A stretch of DNA of 44,174 nt from a virus. Its lineage: Duplodnaviria > Heunggongvirae > Uroviricota > Caudoviricetes. Shown piece after piece: positions 38,413 through 44,174 of the stretch (positions are counted from its first letter, which is position 1; the number at the start of each line of letters is the position of its first letter). A program made the position numbers and the translations under genes. The stretch is from the IMG/VR virus record IMGVR_UViG_2706794694_000015. One strand, given 5' to 3'. Under the pieces are notes generated by a model. That model had not been told where the DNA came from, did not search any database, and saw nothing but the letters and a program-made list of their open reading frames with translations.

Positions 38413-39110
38413 TGCAGGACATACAACAGGAAACGCTGAATGAATGCATTCGTGCGGAGCAGTCGGCCAGCGTGGTGCTCTGGGAAATCGACCTGACCGA
38501 GGTAGGCGGGGATCGCTACTTTTTCTGCAATGAGCAGAACGAGAAAGGAGAGTCTGTCACCTGGCAGAGTCGGCAGTATCAGGCCTATCCCATTCAGGGG
38601 AGTGGATTTGAGATGAACGGCAAAGGTGCCAGTGCAAGGCCAACGCTGAAAGTCTCTAATCTGCACGGCATGGTCACCGGGATGGCGGAAGACCTGCAGA
38701 GTCTGGTCGGCGGAACGGTGGTCAGGCGTAAGGTTTACGCCCGTTTTCTGGATGCGGTGAACTTCGTCAACGGAAACAGTGACGCCGATCCGGAGCAGGA
38801 GGTGATCAGCCGCTGGCGTATTGAGCAGTGCAGCGAACTGAGCGCGGTCAGTGCCTCCTTTGTACTGTCCACGCCGACGGAAACGGACGGCGCTGTTTTT
38901 CCGGGGCGCATCATGCTTGCTAATACCTGCACCTGGACCTATCGCGGTGATGAGTGCGGTTATCACGGTCCGGCTGTCGCGGATGAATATGACCAGCCAA
39001 CGTCCGATATCACGAAGGATAAATGCAGCAAATGCCTGAGCGGTTGTAAGTTCCGCAATAACGTCGGCAACTTTGGCGGCTTCCTTTCCATTAACAAACT
39101 TTCGCAGTAA
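38412..39110 (+). CDS. L: Minor tail protein L, 232 aa
   Basis: [33 protein letters not shown]... closely matches recalled lambda L. Confidence 0.9.
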   Translation: MQDIQQETLNECIRAEQSASVVLWEIDLTEVGGDRYFFCNEQNEKGESVTWQSRQYQAYPIQGSGFEMNGKGASARPTLKVSNLHGMVTGMAEDLQSLVGGTVVRRKVYARFLDAVNFVNGNSDADPEQEVISRWRIEQCSELSAVSASFVLSTPTETDGAVFPGRIMLANTCTWTYRGDECGYHGPAVADEYDQPTSDITKDKCSKCLSGCKFRNNVGNFGGFLSINKLSQ

Positions 39111-39115
39111 ATCCC

Positions 39116-39859
39116 ATGACACAGACAGAATCAGCGATTCTGGCGCACGCCCGGCGATGTGCGCCAGCGGAGTCGTGCGGCTTCGTGGTGAGAACACCGG
39201 AGGGGGAAAGATATTTTCCCTGCGTGAATATTTCCGGTGAGCCGGAGGAGTATTTCCGGATGGCTCCGGAGGACTGGCTGCAGGCAGAGATGCAGGGTGA
39301 GATTGTGGCGCTGGTCCACAGCCACCCCGGTGGTCTGCCCTGGCTGAGTGAGGCCGACCGGCGGCTGCAGGTGCAGAGTGATTTGTCGTGGTGGCTGGTC
39401 TGCCGCGGGGCGATTCACAAGTTCCGCTGTGTGCCGCATCTCACCGGGCGGCGCTTTGAGCACGGGGTGACGGACTGTTACACGCTGTTCCGGGACGCTT
39501 ACCATCTGGCGGGAATTGAGATGCCAGATTTTCATCGTGAGGACGACTGGTGGCGTAATGGTCAGAATCTCTATCTGGATAATCTGGAGGCTACAGGGCT
39601 GTATCAGGTGCCGTTGTCAACGGCGCAGCCGGGCGATGTGCTGCTGTGCTGTTTTGGTTCATCGGTGCCGAATCATGCCGCCATTTACTGTGGTGACGGC
39701 GAGCTGCTGCACCATATTCCTGAACAACTGAGCAAACGAGAGAGGTACACCGACAAATGGCAGCGACGCACACACTCCCTCTGGCGTCACCGGGCATGGC
39801 ACGCATCTGCCTTTACGGGGATTTGCAGCGATTTGGCCGCCGCATCGACCTTCGTGTGA
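39116..39859 (+). CDS. K: Tail assembly protein K (JAB/MPN plus NlpC/P60-like), 247 aa
   Basis: MTQTESAILAHARRCAPAESCGFVV... matches recalled lambda K. Confidence 0.88.
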   Translation: MTQTESAILAHARRCAPAESCGFVVRTPEGERYFPCVNISGEPEEYFRMAPEDWLQAEMQGEIVALVHSHPGGLPWLSEADRRLQVQSDLSWWLVCRGAIHKFRCVPHLTGRRFEHGVTDCYTLFRDAYHLAGIEMPDFHREDDWWRNGQNLYLDNLEATGLYQVPLSTAQPGDVLLCCFGSSVPNHAAIYCGDGELLHHIPEQLSKRERYTDKWQRRTHSLWRHRAWHASAFTGICSDLAAASTFV

Positions 39860-40404
39860 AAACGGGGGCCGAAGCCATCCGGGCACTGGCCACACAGCTC
39901 CCGGCGTTTCGTCAGAAACTGAGCGACGGCTGGTATCAGGTGCGCATTGCCGGGCGTGATGCAGGCGAAAATGAATTATCTGCCCGTCTTAATGAACCGC
40001 TGGCAAATGGTGCCGTGATCCACATCGTTCCGCGTCTGGCGGGTGCCAAAAGTGGCGGTGTGTTTCAGGCGGTGCTGGGTGCGGCGCTGATTGCGGTGGC
40101 ATGGTGGAACCCTGTGGGCTGGCTGGGGGCCGCGGCTGTATCGGGTATGTATGCAGCAGGGGCCAGTATGATCCTGGGTGGTGTGGCGCAGATGCTGGCA
40201 CCGAAAGCCAGGACGCCCACGGCAGCCAGTACAGATAACGGCAAACAGAACACGTATTTCTCGTCACTGGATAACATGGTTGCCCAGGGTAATGTTCTGC
40301 CTGTTCTGTACGGGGAAATGCGCGTGGGGTCACGTGTGGTTTCTCAGGAGATCAGCACGGCAGACGAAGGGGATGGTGGTCAGGTTGTGGTGATTGGTCG
40401 CTGA
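39757..40404 (+). CDS. I: Tail assembly protein I, 215 aa
   Basis: MAATHTLPLASPGMARICLYGDLQRFGRRIDLRVKTGAEAIRAL matches recalled lambda I; overlaps K 3' end. Confidence 0.88.
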   Translation: MAATHTLPLASPGMARICLYGDLQRFGRRIDLRVKTGAEAIRALATQLPAFRQKLSDGWYQVRIAGRDAGENELSARLNEPLANGAVIHIVPRLAGAKSGGVFQAVLGAALIAVAWWNPVGWLGAAAVSGMYAAGASMILGGVAQMLAPKARTPTAASTDNGKQNTYFSSLDNMVAQGNVLPVLYGEMRVGSRVVSQEISTADEGDGGQVVVIGR

Positions 40405-40423
40405 TGCAAAATGTTTTATGAGA

Positions 40424-40450
40424 AACCGCCTGCGGGCGGTTTTGTCGTTT
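40424..40450 (+). terminator. Terminator-like hairpin between I and J
   Basis: AACCGCC-TGCG-GGCGGTT followed by TTGTCGTTT. Confidence 0.4.
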
Positions 40451-40464
40451 ATGGAGCGTGAGGA

Positions 40465-43400
40465 ATGGGTAAAGGCAGCAGTAAGGGGCATACCCCGCGC
40501 GAAGCGAAGGACAACCTGAAGTCCACGCAGCTGCTGAGTGTGATCGATGCCATCAGTGAAGGGCCGGTTGAAGGTCCGGTGGATGGATTAAAAAGCGTGC
40601 TGCTGAACAGTACGCCGGTGCTGGACAATGAGGGGAATACCAACATCTCCGGCGTCACGGTGGTGTTCCGGGCAGGTGAGCAGGAGCAGTCACCGCCGGA
40701 GGGGTTTGAATCCTCCGGCTCCGAGACGGTGCTGGGTACGGAAGTGAAATATGACACGCCGATCACCCGGACCATCACGTCGGCAAACATCGACCGTCTG
40801 CGCTTTACCTTCGGTGTACAGGCACTGGTGGAAACCACCTCAAAGGGAGACAGGAATCCGTCGGAAGTCCGCCTGCTGGTTCAGATACAGCGTAACGGTG
40901 GCTGGGTGACGGAAAAAGACATCACCATTAAGGGCAAAACCACCTCGCAGTATCTGGTCTCGGTGGTGGTGGATAACCTGCCTCCGCGCCCGTTCAGTAT
41001 CCGGATGCGCAGGATGACACCGGACAGCACCACAGACCAGCTGCAGAACAAAACGCTCTGGTCGTCATACACCGAAATCATCGATGTGAAACAGTGCTAC
41101 CCGAACACTGCACTGGTCGGCGTACAGGTGGACTCGGAGCAGTTCGGCAGCCAGCAGGTGAGTCGTAATTATCATCTTCGCGGGCGCATTCTGCAGGTGC
41201 CGTCGAACTATAACCCGCAGACGCGACAATACAGCGGTATCTGGGACGGAACGTTAAAACCAGCATACAGCAACAACATGGCCTGGTGTCTGTGGGATAT
41301 GCTGACCCACCCGCGCTACGGCATGGGGAAACGTCTTGGTGCGGCGGATGTGGATAAATGGGCGCTGTATGTCATCGGCCAGTACTGCGACCAGTCAGTG
41401 CCGGACGGCTTTGGCGGCACGGAGCCGCGCATCACCTGTAATGCGTACCTGACCACACAGCGCAAGGCGTGGGATGTGCTCAGTGATTTCTGCTCGGCGA
41501 TGCGCTGTATGCCGGTATGGAACGGGCAGACGCTGACGTTCGTGCAGGACCGACCATCAGATAAGGTGTGGACCTATAACCGCAGTAATGTGGTGATGCC
41601 GGATGATGGCGCGCCGTTCCGCTACAGCTTCAGCGCCCTGAAAGACCGCCATAATGCCGTTGAGGTGAACTGGATTGACCCGGATAACGGCTGGGAGACG
41701 GCGACAGAGCTTGTGGAGGATACGCAGGCCATTGCCCGTTACGGTCGTAACGTCACGAAGATGGATGCTTTTGGCTGTACCAGCCGGGGGCAGGCACACC
41801 GCGCCGGGCTGTGGCTGATTAAANNNNNNNNNNNNNNNNNNNNNNNNNNNNNNNNNNNNNNNNNNNNNNNNNNNNNNNNNNNNNNNNNNNNNNNNNNNNN
41901 NNNNNNNNNNNNNNNNNNNNNNNNAAACGCAGACCGTGGACTTCAGCGTGGGCGCAGAAGGGCTTCGCCATGTGCCGGGCGATGTCATTGAAATCTGTGA
42001 TGATGACTATGCGGGTATCAGCATCGGCGGGCGCGTGCTGGCGGTAAACAGCCAGACCCGGACGCTGACGCTCGACCGTGAAATCACGCTGCCATCCTCC
42101 GGTACCATGCTGATAAGCCTGGTTGACGGAAGTGGCAATCCGGTCAGCGTGGAGGTTCAGTCCGTCACCGACGGCGTGAAGGTGAAAGTGAGCCGTGTTC
42201 CTGACGGCGTTGCTGAATACAGCGTGTGGGGGCTGAAGCTGCCGACGTTGCGCCAGCGCCTGTTCCGCTGTGTGAGTATCCGTGAGAACGATGACGGCAC
42301 GTATGCCATCACTGCCGTGCAGCATGTACCGGAAAAAGAAGCCATCGTGGATAACGGGGCGCACTTTGACGGCGACCAGAGCGGCACGGTGAATGGTGTC
42401 ACGCCGCCAGCGGTGCAGCACCTGACTGCCGAAGTCACCGCAGACAGCGGGGAATATCAGGTGCTGGCGCGCTGGGACACGCCGAAGGTGGTGAAGGGGG
42501 TGAGCTTTATGCTTCGCCTGACCGTGGCAGCGGATGACGGCAGTGAGCGGCTGGTCAGCACGGCCCGGACGACGGAAACCACATACCGCTTCACGCAACT
42601 GGCGCTGGGACGGTACACGCTGACAGTCCGGGCGGTAAATGCCTGGGGACAGCAGGGCGATCCGGCGTCGGTATCGTTCAGGATTGCCGCACCGGTAGCA
42701 CCGTCGCGGATTGAGCTGACGCCGGGCTATTTTCAGATAACTGCCACGCCGCATCTTGCGGTTTATGATCCGACGGTACAGTTTGAGTTCTGGTTCTCGG
42801 AAACGCGGATTACCGATATCAGGCAGGTTGAAACCACAGCCCGCTACCTTGGCGCGGGGCTGTACTGGATAGCCGCCAGTATCAATATCAAACCGGGCCA
42901 TGATTATTACTTTTATATCCGCAGTGTGAACACCGTTGGCAAATCGGCATTCGTGGAGGCCGTCGGTCGGGCGAGCGATGATGCGGAAGGTTACCTGGAT
43001 TTTTTCAAAGGCAAGATAACCGAATCCCATCTCGGTAAAGAGCTGCTGGAAAAAGTTGATCTGACGGAGGATAACGCCAGCAGACTGGATGAGTTTTCGA
43101 AAGAGTGGAAGGACGCTAACGATAAATGGAATGCGATGTGGGGCGTCAAAATTGAGCAGACCAAAGACGGCAAACATTATGTCGCGGGTATTGGCCTCAG
43201 CATGGAGGACACGGAGGAAGGCAAGCTGAGCCAGTTTCTGGTTGCCGCCAATCGTATCGCGTTTATTGACCCGGCAAACGGGAATGAAACGCCGATGTTT
43301 GTGGCGCAGGGCAACCAGATATTCATGAACGACGTGTTCCTGAAGCGCCTGACAGCCCCCGCCATTACCAGCGGTGGCAGTCCTCCGGTATTTTCCCTGA

Positions 43401-43966
43401 CATCAGACGGAAAGCTGACCGCTAAAAATGCGGATATCAGTGGTAGTGTGAATGCGAACTCAGGAACGCTCAACAATGTCACGATTAACCAGAACTGTAC
43501 GATTAAGGGCATGCTGGAGGCGACCCAGGTCAGAGGGGATTTCGTTAAAGCTGTATCAAAAGCCTTCCCGAAAAAAGTCGGTACGTGGGGTAACACGGAA
43601 ACACCAGACGGTACGGTTACAGTCACCATCAGCGATGATCATAACTTTGACCGCCAGATTATTATTCCGCCCATTATTTTTAACGGTATAGCGTATGACG
43701 ATCCGGGGAGCGGAAATAACCCAGGAGGCACGCGATACACGGGTTATGGTTTTGAAGTTCGCAAAAACGGCGTATTAATCGCATCCAGAGAAACTAAAGG
43801 GGCCATTCCCGGTAGTTACAGTGCAGTTATTGATATGCCTAGTGGTGGTGGTAGCGTCACTCTGGAGTTTAAGATTTTCCAGAAAGGCAATCAGGGGGCA
43901 GGCAATATCACCGACTGTACGGTGATTGTGACCAAAAAAGCGGCTTCCGGCATCAGTATTCGTTGA
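40465..43966 (+). CDS. J: Tail tip / host specificity protein J, interrupted by N-run and in two frames across it; C-terminal region differs from recalled lambda J
   Basis: N-terminal and central parts closely match recalled lambda J (...HRAGLWLIK / [30 protein letters not shown]...); track ORFs 40465..41991 and 41936..43966 are in different frames. Confidence 0.85.
41824..41924. other. N-run (101 nt) inside J; not length-preserving relative to lambda J
   Basis: Uninterrupted n characters; flanking J codons are in different frames. Confidence 1.
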
Positions 43967-43988
43967 AATATTTATAACCCCAATAAAT

Positions 43989-44012
43989 GGCGTCAGGAAT
44001 GACGCCTTTTTT
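43989..44012 (+). terminator. Intrinsic terminator downstream of J
   Basis: GGCGTCA-GGAAT-GACGCC followed by TTTTTT. Confidence 0.65.
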
Positions 44013-44036
44013 ATTGCAGAAAAGCGAGAGGTAATT

Positions 44037-44174
44037 ATGCGTAAAGTTTGTGCCGCCATTTTGTCCGCAGCCATTTGTCTGGCCGTATCCGGTGCGCCTG
44101 CATGGGCGTCTGAACATCAGTCCACGCTGAGCGCGGGGTATCTTCATGCCCGGACGAACGTTCCCGGCAGTGAT
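44037..44174 (+). CDS. lom: Lom-like outer membrane protein (Ail/Lom family), N-terminal 46 codons, truncated by window end
   Basis: MRKVCAAILSAAICLAVSGAPAWASEHQSTLSAGYLHARTNVPGSD matches recalled lambda Lom signal peptide and first beta-strand. Confidence 0.85.
   Translation, partial: MRKVCAAILSAAICLAVSGAPAWASEHQSTLSAGYLHARTNVPGSD

Noticed and set aside
38388-39197. 269-aa minus-strand ORF
   Set aside because: Antisense to the lambda-like L and K genes; long antisense frames are expected by chance in this GC-rich tail region.
41819-43177. 452-aa minus-strand ORF
   Set aside because: Antisense to J and running through the N-run; Arg/Pro-rich spurious translation.
1-44174. CRISPR arrays, rRNA/tRNA genes, IS elements
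   Set aside because: No regularly spaced direct repeats, no cloverleaf-like tRNA candidates in the obvious intergenic regions, and no transposase-like ORF or terminal inverted repeats on reading.

Overview
This window is the interior of a Rac-type lambdoid prophage of Escherichia coli, read from the integrase (stop codon at 1..3) to a truncated lom gene at the right edge. It looks more complete than the decayed Rac element I remember from K-12. The left arm on the minus strand carries intR, xisR/ydaQ, ydaC, ralR (with an in-frame stop), recT, recE, racC, ydaE, kilR, ydaF and ydaG, plus sieB on the plus strand. The immunity and replication block follows: racR, the ydaS-ydaT pair, ydaU and a DnaC-like ydaV that runs into an N-run. 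Next comes an AT-rich cargo island (about 11.64-15.58 kb) with two unrecognised genes behind their own promoter, a YeaR-like gene on the opposite strand, and about 0.8 kb of AT-rich non-coding DNA; this is my best candidate for an undescribed system. Downstream are a Q-like late regulator, two paralogous lipoproteins resembling the TolA C-terminal domain, a phage-21-type lysis cassette (pinholin, SAR endolysin, Rz/Rz1), trkG, and an intact ParB-like/GT-A-like gene pair. The rest is packaging and head genes followed by a lambda-like tail module (G/GT frameshift, tape measure, M, L, K, I, J). Three N-runs (10237..10414, 19705..19936, 41824..41924) interrupt ydaV, the endolysin and J. All calls come from reading the sequence and recalled protein families; no searches or computations were run. 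Hand-derived coordinates for ORFs not in the supplied track may be off by 1-3 nt.
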